Shown here in pieces: positions 1-11,950 of a stretch of DNA of 64,000 nucleotides. Source of the stretch: Pristiophorus japonicus (taxonomy: Eukaryota); the NCBI RefSeq assembly GCF_044704955.1, contig NC_091995.1:17484001-17548000 (forward strand). The letters run 5' to 3'. Numbering within the stretch: position 1 is the stretch's first letter; each line of letters starts with the position of its first letter. The notes beneath the pieces are model-generated. The model searched no databases. It worked only from the letters and a program-made list of their open reading frames with translations, and was not told the DNA's origin. Both the position numbers and the translations under genes were made by a program.

Positions 1-825
1 AGTTTGCTTTCCCACCCATCTTTATCCACCCTGTTCATTACATCCTCAAGAATTCCAGCAAATTTTCAAACGTGACTTCCCCTTCATAAATCCATTATTG
101 ACTCTGCTTGACTGAATTAAGATTTTCCAAATGTCCTGCTACTGCTTCTTTAATAATGGACTCCAACATTTTCTGAACCACAGATGTTAGGCTAATTGGT
201 CTATAGTTTCTTGCTTTTTGTCTGCCTCCTTTTATAAATAGCAGCAATACACTTTTCAATCTGCTGGGACCGTCCCAGAATCCATGGAATTTTGGTAATT
301 TACAACCAATGCATCCACTATCCCTGCTGCTACTTCTTTAAGACCATAGGATGCAAGCCACCAGGTTCAGGGCAATTATTCGCCTTTAGTGCCATTACCT
401 TACTGAGTACCACCTCCTTAGTGATTGTGATTGTATTAAATTCCTTCCCCCCCCCCCCTCCTATAGCCCCTTAACTCTCCACTGTTGGGATATTTTTAGT
501 GTCCTCTACCTTAAAGACTGAAACAAAATATTTGTTCAGTGTTTCTGCCATGTCCATGTTCCCCATCACTGATTCCCCGGTTTCATCCTCTAAGGGACCA
601 ACATCTACTTTAGCCACTCTTTTCCTTTTTATATACCTGTAGAAACTCTTGCTATCTGTTTTTATATTTCGTGCTAGTTTACTTTCACAGTCTATCTTCA
701 CTTTCTTAACCATTTTTTTAGTCATTTTTTGCTGGTTTTTAAAAGCTTCCCAATCTTCTGTCCTCCAAGTAGATTTGACCACTTTGTATGCCCTTGTTTT
801 TAATTGGATACCATCCTTTATTATA
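1..825 (-). mobile_element. CR1 ORF2 internal fragment, second subfamily
   Basis: KSFYRYIKRKRVAKVDVGPL...LNKYF; similar to 25670-28262. Confidence 0.88.
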
Positions 826-1734
826 AGATGTCAAGTGAGCTAAAATAACTAGGTTAACTTTGAACACGATTTCCAGTTAGAATGGGACTGCAGCACAAGG
901 CATTGCTCATCCAGCTGATAAAGGGGAAGTCAGCATGGCTACTTGGAAGCACTGCAAATAGAAAAAAAGACGCATTTATATAGCGCCTTTCAAGACCACC
1001 ACACGTCTCAAAGCGCTTTACAGCCAATGAAGTATTTTTGGAGTGTAGTCACTGTTGCAATCCTGCACACAAAGCATGATTAATACTTGGAATAAATTTC
1101 CTGATAGAGTAGTGGGGGCAACAATTCTAAAGTCATTTGAGGCAGTTAGTTGTGGGTTTCCAGTCGTGATGAGCTACATAGGATTACATAGGTTATACGG
1201 CACAGAAACTGGCCATTCAGCCTAACCAGACCATGCTTGCATTTATGTTCCACTCAAGCCTCCTCCCGTCTTTCCTCATCTAACTCTATCAGCATGACCC
1301 TCTATTCCCTTTTCCCTCTTATGATTGTCGAGACTCCCCTTAAATGGAAATATACTATTTGCTTCAACCACTCCCTGTGGTAGCAAATTCCACATTCTCA
1401 CCACCCTTTTGGTAAAGAGGGACTTCTGAATTCCTCATTTGTTTTCTTGGTGATTATCTTATATTGATGGCCTGTAGTTATGCTCTTCCCCAGAAGTAGA
1501 AACACTCTCTCTGTATCTACGCTATCAAAACCTTGATAATTTTAAAGGCTTCTATTAGGTCATCCCGCAGCCTGCTCTTTTCAGTAGAAAAGGGACCCAG
1601 CCTGTGCATCTTTTCCTGATAGGTATACCCTCGCATTTCAGGTATCATCCTTGTAAATCATCTCTGCACCCTCTCCAGTGCCTCTATCTCTTTTTTATAA
1701 TATGGTGACCAGAATTGTATCTAAGGGTTAAGTC

Positions 1735-2682
1735 ATGGCAGGACAGCTCGGTCACGTGATATGCTCCTCCTGTACCATGTGGGAACACAGGGACAACACC
1801 AGTGTCCCTGACGACTACATGTGCGGGAAGTGTGTCCACCTCCGGCTACTGACGGTCCGCGTTGCGGAGTTGGAGCTGAAGGTGGATTCACTCTGGAGCA
1901 TCCACGATGCTGAGAATGACATGAGTATCACGTGTAGCGAGTTGGTCTTACTGCAGGAGAAGGGTCCACAGCCAGCGAGGGAATGGAAGACCAGCAGGAA
2001 GAGTAGTGCAAGGAAGGTAGTGCAGGGGTCCCCTGTGGTCATCCCCCTGCAAAACAGATACACCGCTTTGAGTACTGTTGAGGGGGATGACTCATCAGGG
2101 GAGGGCAGCAGCAGCCAAGTTCATGGCACCGTGGCTGGCTCTGTTGCACAGGAGGGCAGGAAAAAGAGTGGAAGAGCGATAGTGATAGGGGATTCAATTG
2201 TAAGGGGAATAGATAGGCGTTTCTGCGGCCGCAACCGAGACTCCAGGATGGTATGTTGCCTCCCTGGTGCAAGGGTCAAGGATGTCTCGGAGCGGGTGGA
2301 GGACATTCTAAAAAGGGAGGGAGAACAGCCAGTTGTCGTGGTGCACGTTGGTACCAATGACATAGGTAAAAAAAGGGTTGAGTTCCTACGAAATGAATTT
2401 AAGGAGCTAGGAGCTAAATTAAAAAGTAGGACCTCAAAAGTAGTAATCTCGGGATTGCTACCAGTGCCACGTGCTAGTCAGAGTAGGAATCGCAGGATAG
2501 CTCAGATGAATACGTGGCTTGAGCAATGGTGCAGCAGGGAGGGATTCAAATTCCTGGGGCATTGGAACCGGTTCTGGGGGAGGTGGGACCAGTACAATCC
2601 GGACGGTCTGCACCTGGGCAGAATCGGAACCAATGTCCTCGGGGGAGTGTTTGCTAGTGCTGTTGGGGAGGAGTTAAACTAA
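1735..2682 (+). CDS. CR1 ORF1p: Cys-rich zinc finger, coiled coil, SGNH/GDSL esterase domain
   Basis: CxxC...CxxC; GDS (VIGDSIVR), GTND and DGLH esterase blocks, typical of CR1 ORF1. Confidence 0.93.
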   Translation: MAGQLGHVICSSCTMWEHRDNTSVPDDYMCGKCVHLRLLTVRVAELELKVDSLWSIHDAENDMSITCSELVLLQEKGPQPAREWKTSRKSSARKVVQGSPVVIPLQNRYTALSTVEGDDSSGEGSSSQVHGTVAGSVAQEGRKKSGRAIVIGDSIVRGIDRRFCGRNRDSRMVCCLPGARVKDVSERVEDILKREGEQPVVVVHVGTNDIGKKRVEFLRNEFKELGAKLKSRTSKVVISGLLPVPRASQSRNRRIAQMNTWLEQWCSREGFKFLGHWNRFWGRWDQYNPDGLHLGRIGTNVLGGVFASAVGEELN

Positions 2683-2759
2683 TATGGCAGGGGGATGGGA
2701 ACCAATGCAGGGAGATAGAGGGAAACAAAAAGGAGGCAAAAACAAAAGACAGAAAGGAG

Positions 2760-5666
2760 ATGAGGAAAAGTGGAGGGCAGAGAAACCCAAGGCAAAGAAC
2801 AAAAAGGGCCATTGTACAGCAAAATTCTAAAAGGACAGAGGGTGTTAAAAAAACAAGCCTAAAGGCTTTGTGTCTTAATGCAAGGAGTATCCGCAATAAG
2901 GTGGATGAATTAACTGTGCAAATAGATGTTAACAAATATGATGTGATTGGGATTACGGAGACGTGGCTCCAGGATGAGCAGGGCTGGGAACTCAACATCC
3001 AGGGGTATTCAACATTCAGGAAGGATAGAATAAAAGGAAAAGGAGGTGGGGTAGCATTGCTGGTTAAGGAGGAGATTAAGGCAATAGTTAGGAAGGACAT
3101 TAGCTTGGATGATGTGGAATCTATATGGGTAGAGCTGCAGAACACCAAAGGGCAAAAAACGTTAGTGGGAGTTGTGTACAGACCTCCAAACAGTAGTAGT
3201 GATGTTGGGGAGGGCATCAAACAGGAAATTAGGGGTGCGTGCAATAAAGGTGCAGCAGTTATAATGGGTGACTTTAATATGCACATAGATTGGGCTAACC
3301 AAACTGGAAGCAATACGGTGGAGGAGGATTTTCTGGAGTGCATAAAGGATGGTTTTTTAGACCAATATGTCGAGGAACCAACTAGGGGGGAGGCCATCTT
3401 AGACTGGGTGTTATGTAATGAGAAAGGATTAATTAGCAATCTCGTTGTGCGAGGCCCCTTGGGGAAGAGTGACCATAATATGGTGGAATTCTGCATTAGG
3501 ATGGAGAATGAAACAGTTAATTCAGAGACCATGGTCCAGAACTTAAAGAAGGCTAACTTTGAAGGTATGAGGCGTGAATTGGCTAAGATGGATTGGCGAA
3601 TGATACTTAAGGGGTTGACTGTGGATGGGCAATGGCAGACATTTAGAGACCGCATGGATGAACTACAACAATTGTACATTCCTGTCTGGCATAGAAATAA
3701 AAAAGGGAAGGTGGCTCAACCGTCGCTATCAAGGGAAATCAGGGATAGTATTAAAGCCAAGGAAGTGGCATACAAATTGGCCAGAAATAGCAGCGAACCT
3801 GGGGACTGGGAGAAATTTAGAACTCAGCAGAGGAGGACAAAGGGTTTGATTAGGGCAGGGAAAATGGAGTATGAGAAGAAGCTTGCAGGGAACATTAAGA
3901 CGGATTGCAAAAGTTTCTATAGATATGTAAAGAGAAAAAGGTTAGTAAAGACAAATGTAGGTCCCCTGCAGTCAGAATCAGGGGAAGTCATAACGGGGAA
4001 CAAAGAAATGGCGGACCAATTGAACAAGTACTTTGGTTCGGTATTCACGAAGGAGGACACGAACAACCTTCCGGTTATAAAAGGGGTCGGGGGGTCTAGT
4101 AAGGAGGAGGAACTGAGGGAAATCCTTATTAGCCGGGAAATTGTGTTGGGGAAATTGATGGGATTGAAGGCCGATAAATCCCCAGGGCCTGATGGACTGC
4201 ATCCCAGAGTACTTAAGGAGGTGGCCTTGGAAATAGTGGATGCGTTGACAGTCATTTTCCAACATTCCATTGACTCTGGATCAGTTCCTATGGAGTGGAG
4301 GGTAGCCAATGTAACCCCACTTTTTAAAAAAGGAGGGAGAGAGAAAACAGGGAATTATAGACCGGTCAGCCTGACATCGGTAGTGGGTAAAATGATGGAA
4401 TCAATTATTAAGGATGTCATAGCAGTGCATTTGGAAAGAGGTAACATGATAGGTCCAAGTCAGCATGGATTTGTGAAAGGGAAATCATGCTTGACAAATC
4501 TTCTGGAATTTTTTGAGGATGTTTCCAGTAGAGTGGATAAGGGAGAACCAGTTGATGTGGTATATTTGGACTTTCAGAAGGCGTTCGACAAGGTCCCACA
4601 CAAGAGATTGATGTGCAAAGTTAGAGCACATGGGATTGGGGGTAGTGTACTGACATGGATTGAGAACTGGTTGTCAGACAGGAAGCAAAGAGTAGGAGTA
4701 AATAGGTACTTTTCAGAATGGCAGGCAGTGACTAGTGGGGTACCGCAAGGTTCTGTGCTGGGGCCCCAGCTGTTTAAACTGTACATTAATGATTTAGATG
4801 AGGGGATTAAATGTAGTATCTCCAAATTTGCGGATGACACTAAGTTGGGTGGCAGTGTGAGCTGCGAGGAGGATGCTGTGAGGCTGCAGAGCGACTTGGA
4901 TACGTTAGGTGAGTGGGCAAATGCATGGCAGATGAAGTATAATGTGGATAAATGTGAGGTTATCCACTTTGGTGGTAAAAACAGAGAGACAGACTATTAT
5001 CTGAATGGTGACAGATTAGGAAAAGGGGAGGTGCAAAGAGACCTGGGTGTCATGGTACATCAGTCATTGAAGGTTGGCATGCAGGTGCAGCAGGCGGTTA
5101 AGAAAGCAAATGGCATGTTGGCCTTCATAGCAAGGGGATTTGAGTACAGGGGCAGGGAGGTGTTGCTACAGTTGTACAGGGCATTGGTGAGGCCACACCT
5201 GGAGTATTGTGTACAGTTTTGGTCTCCTAACCTGAGGAAGGACATTCTTGCTATTGAGGGAGTGCAGCGAAGGTTCACCAGACTGATTCCCGGGATGGCG
5301 GGACTGACCTATCAAGAAAGACTGGATCAACTGGGCTTGTATTCACTGGAGTTCAGAAGAATGAGAGGGGACCTCATAGAAACATATAAAATTCTGACGG
5401 GGTTAGACAGGTTAGATGCAGGAAGAATGTTCCCAATGTTGGGGAAGTCCAGAACCAGGGGTCACAGTCTCAGGATAAGGGGTAAGCCATTTAGGACCGA
5501 GATGCGGAGGAACTTCTTCACACAGAGAGTGGTGAACCTGTGGAATTCTCTACCACAGAAAGTTGTTGAGGCCAATTCACTAAATATATTCAAAAAGGAG
5601 TTAGATGAGGTCCTTACTGCTAGGGGGATCAAGGGGTATGCCGAGAAAGCAGGAATGGGGTACTGA
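2760..5666 (+). CDS. CR1 ORF2p: APE endonuclease plus reverse transcriptase (frame open from at least 2673)
   Basis: NARS, ITETWL, GDFN and SDH endonuclease motifs; [28 protein letters not shown] and FADD RT motifs; no stops over 968 aa. Confidence 0.96.
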   Translation: MRKSGGQRNPRQRTKRAIVQQNSKRTEGVKKTSLKALCLNARSIRNKVDELTVQIDVNKYDVIGITETWLQDEQGWELNIQGYSTFRKDRIKGKGGGVALLVKEEIKAIVRKDISLDDVESIWVELQNTKGQKTLVGVVYRPPNSSSDVGEGIKQEIRGACNKGAAVIMGDFNMHIDWANQTGSNTVEEDFLECIKDGFLDQYVEEPTRGEAILDWVLCNEKGLISNLVVRGPLGKSDHNMVEFCIRMENETVNSETMVQNLKKANFEGMRRELAKMDWRMILKGLTVDGQWQTFRDRMDELQQLYIPVWHRNKKGKVAQPSLSREIRDSIKAKEVAYKLARNSSEPGDWEKFRTQQRRTKGLIRAGKMEYEKKLAGNIKTDCKSFYRYVKRKRLVKTNVGPLQSESGEVITGNKEMADQLNKYFGSVFTKEDTNNLPVIKGVGGSSKEEELREILISREIVLGKLMGLKADKSPGPDGLHPRVLKEVALEIVDALTVIFQHSIDSGSVPMEWRVANVTPLFKKGGREKTGNYRPVSLTSVVGKMMESIIKDVIAVHLERGNMIGPSQHGFVKGKSCLTNLLEFFEDVSSRVDKGEPVDVVYLDFQKAFDKVPHKRLMCKVRAHGIGGSVLTWIENWLSDRKQRVGVNRYFSEWQAVTSGVPQGSVLGPQLFKLYINDLDEGIKCSISKFADDTKLGGSVSCEEDAVRLQSDLDTLGEWANAWQMKYNVDKCEVIHFGGKNRETDYYLNGDRLGKGEVQRDLGVMVHQSLKVGMQVQQAVKKANGMLAFIARGFEYRGREVLLQLYRALVRPHLEYCVQFWSPNLRKDILAIEGVQRRFTRLIPGMAGLTYQERLDQLGLYSLEFRRMRGDLIETYKILTGLDRLDAGRMFPMLGKSRTRGHSLRIRGKPFRTEMRRNFFTQRVVNLWNSLPQKVVEANSLNIFKKELDEVLTARGIKGYAEKAGMGY

Positions 5667-6214
5667 AGTTGAATGTTCAGCCATGAACTCATTGAATGGC
5701 GGTGCAGGCTAGAAGGGCCGAATGGCCTACTCCTGCACCTATTTTCTATGTTTCTATGTTTCTATGTTTCTAATTGTACGGTGTGGTCGAACTAAGGTTT
5801 GATACAGGTTTAGCATAACTTCACTACTTTTCAATTCTATATCACTAAAAATAAACCCTCGTGCTTGGTTTGCTTTTCTTATGGCGTTGATGGCCCGAAT
5901 GCCTACTGTCATCCGAACCTAATTTGATAAATTGAATACTTCGAAATGTTGCTGTAGATACCGCACCACTGCGGTAAGAGTCAATGTTAGACGAAACTAC
6001 TCTCTTATTAACTTGTTAAAATATTGCCATTAATAAAATGTGTACTGTATTGTCACAACATTTCATGCTTTCGTAATTATCTGTATTAGTGATATAATCA
6101 TGTATTATTAGAAAGATAGTGCTAATGTGCTCAATAAAGCGTGCTTGAATAAGCACGTCCTCTCCTCAATGGGCCAATGAATCCTGTCCCAATGCCTTGC
6201 AGAGTAATGTACTT

Positions 6215-8569
6215 AGAAACATAGAAACATAGAAAATAGGTGCAGGAGTAGGCCATTCGGCCCTTCTAGCCTGCACCGCCATTCAATGAGTTCACGGCTG
6301 AACATTCAACTTCAGTACCCCATTCCTGCTTTCTCGCCATACCCCTTGATCCCCCTAGTAGTAAGGACCTCATCTAACTCCTTTTTGAATATATTTAGTG
6401 AATTGGCCTCAACAACTTTCTGTGGTAGAGAATTCCACAGGTTCACCACTCTCTGGGTGAAGAAGTTCCTCCGCATCTCGGTCCTAAATGGCTTACCCCT
6501 TATCCTTAGACTGTGACCTCTGGTTCTGGACTTCCCCAACATTGGGAACATTCTTCCTGCATCTAACCTGTCTAACCCCATCAGAATTTTAAATGTTTCT
6601 ATGAGGTCCCCTCTCATTCTTCTGAACTCCAGTGAATACAAGCCCAGTTGATCCAGTCTTTCTTGATAGGTCAGTCCCGCCATCCCGGGAATCAGTCTGG
6701 TGAAGCTTCGCTGCACTCCCTCAATAGCAAGAATGTCCTTCCTCAGGTTAGGAGACCAAAACTGTACACAATACTCCAGGTGTGGCCTCATCAATGCCCT
6801 GTACAACTGTAGCAACACCTCCCTGCCCCTGTACTCAAATCCCCTTGCTATGAAGGCCAACATGCCATTTGCTTTCTTAACCGCCTGCTGCACCTGCATG
6901 CCAACCTTCAATGACTGATGTACCATGACACCCAGGTCTCTTTGCACCTCCCCTTTTCCTAATCTGTCACCATTCAGATAATAGTCTGTCTCTCTGTTTT
7001 TACCACCAAAGTGGATAACCTCACATTTATCCACATTATACTTCATCTGCCATGCATTTGCCCACTCACCTAACCTATCCAAGTCGCTCTGCAGCCTCAC
7101 AGCATCCTCCTCGCAGCTCACACTGCCACCCAACTTAGTGTCATCCGCAAATTTTGAAGATACTACATTTAATCCCCTCATCTAAATCATTAATGTACAG
7201 TGTAAACAGCTGGGGCCCCAGCACAGAACCTTGCGGTACCCCACTAGTCACTGCCTGCCATTCTGAAAAGTACCCATTTACTCCTACTCTTTGCTTCCTG
7301 TCTGACAACCAGTTCTCAATCCATGTCAGTACACTACCCCCAATCCCATGTGCTCTAACTTTGCACATCAATCTCTTGTGTGGGACCTTGTCGAATGCCT
7401 TCTGAAAGTCCAAATATACCACATCAACTGGTTCTCCCTTATCCACTCTACTGGAAACATCCTCAAAAAATTCCAGAAGATTTGTCAAGCATGATTTCCC
7501 TTTCACAAATCCATGCTGACTTGGACCTATCATGTCACCTCTTTCCAAATGCACTGCTATGACATCCTTAATAATTGATTCCATCATTTTACCCACTACC
7601 GATGTCAGGCTGCCCGGTCTATAATTCCCTGTTTTCTCTCTCCCTCCTTTTTTAAAAAGTGGGGTTACATTGGCTACCCTCCACTCCATAGGAACTGATC
7701 CAGAGTCAATGGAATGTTGGAAAATGACTGTCAACGCATCCACTATTTCCAAGGCCACCTCCTTAAGTACTCTGGGATGCAGTCCATCAGGCCCTGGGGA
7801 TTTATCGGCCTTCAATCCCATCAATTTCCCCAACACAATTTCCCGGCTAATAAGGATTTCCCTCAGTTCCTCCTCCTTACTAGACCCCCCAACCCCTTTT
7901 ATAACCGGAAGGTTGTTCGTGTCCTCCTTCGTGAATACCGAACCAAAGTACTTGTTCAATTGGTCCGCCATTTCTTTGTTCCCCGTTATGACTTCCCCTG
8001 ATTCTGACTGCAGGGGACCTACGTTTGTCTTTACTAACCTTTTTCTCTTTACATATCGATAGAAACTTTTGCAATCCGTCTTAATGTTCCCTGCAAGCTT
8101 CTTCTCATACTCCATTTTCCCTGCCCTAATCAAACCCTTTGTCCTCCTCTGCTGAGTTCTAAATTTCTCCCAGTCCCCAGGTTCGCTGCTATTTCTGGCC
8201 AATTTGTATGCCACTTCCTTGGCTTTAATACTATCCCTGATTTCCCTTGATAGCCACGGTTGAGCCACCTTCCCTTTTTTATTTCTATGCCAGACAGGAA
8301 TGTACAATTGTTGTAGTTCATCCATGCGGTCTCTAAATGTCTGCCATTGCCCATCCACAGTCAACCCCTTAAGTATCATTCGCCAATCCATCTCAGCCAA
8401 TTCACGCCTCATACCTTCAAAGTTAGCCTTCTTTAAGTTCTGGACCATGGTCTCTGAATTAACTGTTTCATTCTCCATCCCAATGCAGAATTCCACCATA
8501 TTATGGTCACTCTTCCCCAAGGGGCCTCGCACAACGAGATTGCTAATTAATCCTCTCTCATTACATAAC
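6215..8569 (-). mobile_element. 5'-truncated CR1 copy, near-identical to 3410-5771, tail-to-tail
   Basis: ORF2 fragments 7141-8532 and 6312-7181 are split by a 1-nt frameshift near 7155; the same 3' tail is present. Confidence 0.95.
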
Positions 8570-9499
8570 TTACCGTAAAAGCGTTTTTTCTGTCCTCTTG
8601 TCGGCTGTGTGTTATGAGATAAATATTATTCTTAAAATACTACTGCAGCCTTCCGTCTGCAGCGTTTTATATATAACCCTCCGTTTTCGCAATTTGCATA
8701 ACTTTACAAAAATTCACTCGGCAGTTCGCGAAAGTGTAGAGACTGAGGTTAGTTTTACTCCACGACTGAAACTTTGCACGTAGCTTTCTGGTTGTGTCGC
8801 AACCATTGCAAGCAACCGGTTAGCAAAGAAACCACTGATAAATGGGATTACGTTTCAACATAGAGGGCTACGGTTTTGAAAATTTAAATATAACATGAAA
8901 ACGTCGCATTTGCGATTTGGATTTGCCATGTTATTTTCATGCAGCAGTTACATTGGTTACTATATTAACATGGGTTAGTTCCGTCTTTGCAATAACGTGC
9001 AGACAAATTCTAATCAAACGTCTGAGGCTTTCGCAGGCCAGCACTCCACCAAGCCATGAAATTACTTCTTAAACTGGCAACACATTAAAGCGTCCCTTCC
9101 GACATTTCTTCCACCATTATTTTATCGGACTGAACGTAATCGATTAACACCTCCGAGAAAATAGCAGCGAGGAATAGCCGGAACACGTTAACTGTTTGCA
9201 CATTAAAGAAAAACTTGCACTTATATAGCGCCTTTCACGACCACCGAACGTCCCAAAGCGCTTTACAGCCATGGAAGTACTTTTGGAGTGGAGTCACTGT
9301 TGTAATATAGTATATCCGACGAGGCAATATCAGAGCAGGTGTAATTTCAAGGAATTAAGATCTAAGGCGACTGTGGAGCATAATTGGAATAGATAAGAAC
9401 ATAAGAAATAGGAGCAGGAGTAGGACATTTGGCCTCTCGAGCCTGCTCTGCCATTCAATAAGATCATGGCTAATCTTCCACCTCTGCTCTACTTTCATG

Positions 9500-11950
9500 T
9501 TGTTCCCTTAAAAAAGGGTGGGGCTAACAAATCTAGAGCCCCTGCATGTCAAGGGACATACAGGGTAAGATAAAAAAGGAAGCTTATGACAGACACTGAG
9601 AACTCAACACTGCAGAAACCCTAGAGAAGTATAAGAAGTGCAGGGCTGCAATTAAAAAAAAGATATAAGGAAAGCAAAGAGAGAGAATGAAAGAATGTTG
9701 GCAAATAAAATCAGGGAAAACCCAAAGATGTTTTATAAATACATTAAGAGCAAGAGGATAAACAGAGAAAGAGTGGAACCTATTAGAGATCATAAAGGAA
9801 ATCTGTGTGTGGAAGCGAAAGATATGGGTAGAATTCTTAACAAATACTTTGCATCTGTTTTCACAAAAGAGGGGTGATGCAGATTTTGCAATGAGGGAGG
9901 TGGAGTATGAAATATTAGACGAGATAAACAAAGTGAGAGAGGAAGTATTAAGCGACTTAGCAGCTTTGAAGGTGGTCACTCCCTGGGCCCTGTTGAAATG
10001 TATCCCAGGCTGTTAAGAGAAGCAAAAGAGGAAATTGCAGAGGCTCTGACCAGAATTTCCAATCCTCTCTGGCTACAGGTTTGGTGCCAGAGGACTGGAG
10101 GATTGCTGATGTTGCACCTTTGTTTAAAAAGGGAGAAAGGGATAGACCAAGTAATTACAGGCCAGTCAGCCTAACCTAGGCGGTGGGAAAATTATTGGAA
10201 ATAATCCTGAGCGACATGATAATTCTTCATTTGAAAGACATGGATAGTCAGCATGGATTTGTACAGGGAAGGCCGTGTCTGACTAACTTGATTGAATTTT
10301 TCGAGGCAGTAACCAGGAAGGGCAGTGCATATCATGTAAAGTATATTGATTTTAGCAAAGCATTTGATAAGGTCCCACATGGCAGACTGGTCACGAAAGT
10401 AATAGCCCATGGGATCTATAGCAAAGTGGAAAAATTGATCCAAAAGTGGCTCGGAGGCAGGAGGCAAAGGGTAATAGTTGATGGGGTTTTTGGAAGGCAG
10501 TATCCAGTGGGGTTCCGTAGAGCTCGGTGCTTGGTCCCTTGCTTTTAGTGGTATATATCAATGACTTGGAAAATGTTGGGGGTATATTAAGAAGTTTGCA
10601 GATGACACTAAAATAGGCTGTGTGGTTGATAATGAAGCTGCGGGCTGCAGGAAGATATCAAGGTACTCATCAGGTGTACAGAACAGTGGCCAATGGAAAT
10701 CAATCCGGAGGTAATGTATTTGGGGACGTCTAACCAGGCAAGGGAATACTCATTAAATCGTGCAACACTGAAAAGTGTAGAGGAACAAAGGGACCTTGGA
10801 GTGCAAGTCCACAAATCCCTGAAGGTAGCTGGGCATGTAAATAAAGTGGTTAAGAAGGCATATGGAATACGTGCCTTTATTAGTCTAGGCATGGAATACA
10901 AGAGCAAGGAGGGTATGCTTGAACTGTCGAAAACGCTGGTTAAGCTGAAGTTGGGGTACTGTGTGCCGTTCTGGTCACCACATTACAGGAAAGATGTGTT
11001 CGCACTGGAAAGGGTGCAGCGGAGATTTACAAGAATATTGCCTGGACTGGCGATTTTTTGCAATGAGGAAAAATTGGAGATAAGAACATAAGAATATAAG
11101 AAATAGGAACAGGAGTAGGCCATATAGCCCCTCAAGCCTGCTCCGCCGTTCAATAAGATCATGGCTGATCTGATCATGGACTCAGCTCTACTTCTCCGCC
11201 CGCTTCCCATAACCCATTATCGTTTAAGAAACTGTATATTTCTGTCTTAAATTTATTCATTGTCCCAGCTTCCACAGCTCTCTGAGACAGCAAATTCCAC
11301 AGATTTACAACCCTCAGAGAGAAGAAATTTCTCCTCTGTTTTAAATGGGCAGCCCCTTATTCTGAGATTATGGCCTCTAGTTCTAGTCTCTCTCATTAGT
11401 GGAAACATCCTCTCTGCATCCACCTTGTCAAGCCCCCTCATAATCTTACACGTTTCGATAAGATCACCTCTCATTCTTCTGAATTCCAATGAGTAAAGGC
11501 CCCACCTACTCAACCTTTCCTCATAAGATGCTAGGTCTGTTTTCTTTGGAACAGAGGTGGCTAAGGGGAGACCTGGTTGAGGTGTATAAAATTATGAGGG
11601 GCCTGGATAATGTGGATAGGAAGGATCTGTTTCCCTTGGCAGAGGTTTCAACAACCGGGGGTATACAGTTAAAGTAATTAAGGGGAGATTTAGAGGAGAT
11701 ACGTGGGGAAATGCCTGCACCAAGAGAGTAGTGGGGGGTCTGGAACTCACTGCCTGAAAGTGTGTTAGAGGCAGAAAAGCTCACCACGTTTAAAAAATAT
11801 TTGGATGTGCACATAAATTGTCGTAACCTACAGGGCTATGGACCAAGAGCTGGAATGTGGGATTAGGCTGAATAGCTCTTGGTCAGCCGATGCAGACATG
11901 ATGGGCCGAAATGGCCTCCTTCTAAGCTGTAAATTTCTTTGATTCTATGA
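9500..11950 (+). mobile_element. Degenerate CR1-like LINE with a nested antisense CR1 3' end (11085-11527)
   Basis: RT motifs [15 protein letters not shown] and FADD in broken ORFs; ends in an ATTCTATG tail. Confidence 0.85.

Larger units (their letters stand above)
1720..5771 (+). mobile_element. Young CR1-clade LINE with intact ORF1 and ORF2, 5'UTR truncated
   Basis: Two intact ORFs, a 3' (TTTCTATG)n tail, and a 7-bp TSD AATTGTA at 1713-1719 and 5772-5778. Inserted into an older antisense CR1 fragment. Confidence 0.95.
1176..5900 (-). mobile_element. Older CR1 3' fragment split by the young CR1 (1176-1712 and 5779-5900)
   Basis: Degenerate ORF2 C-terminus continues on both sides of the TSD. 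Confidence 0.7.

Noticed and set aside
2654-3679. 341-aa minus-strand ORF and the many similar antisense ORFs in CR1 copies
   Set aside because: These are shadow frames of CR1 ORF2; they recur only because the element is repeated.
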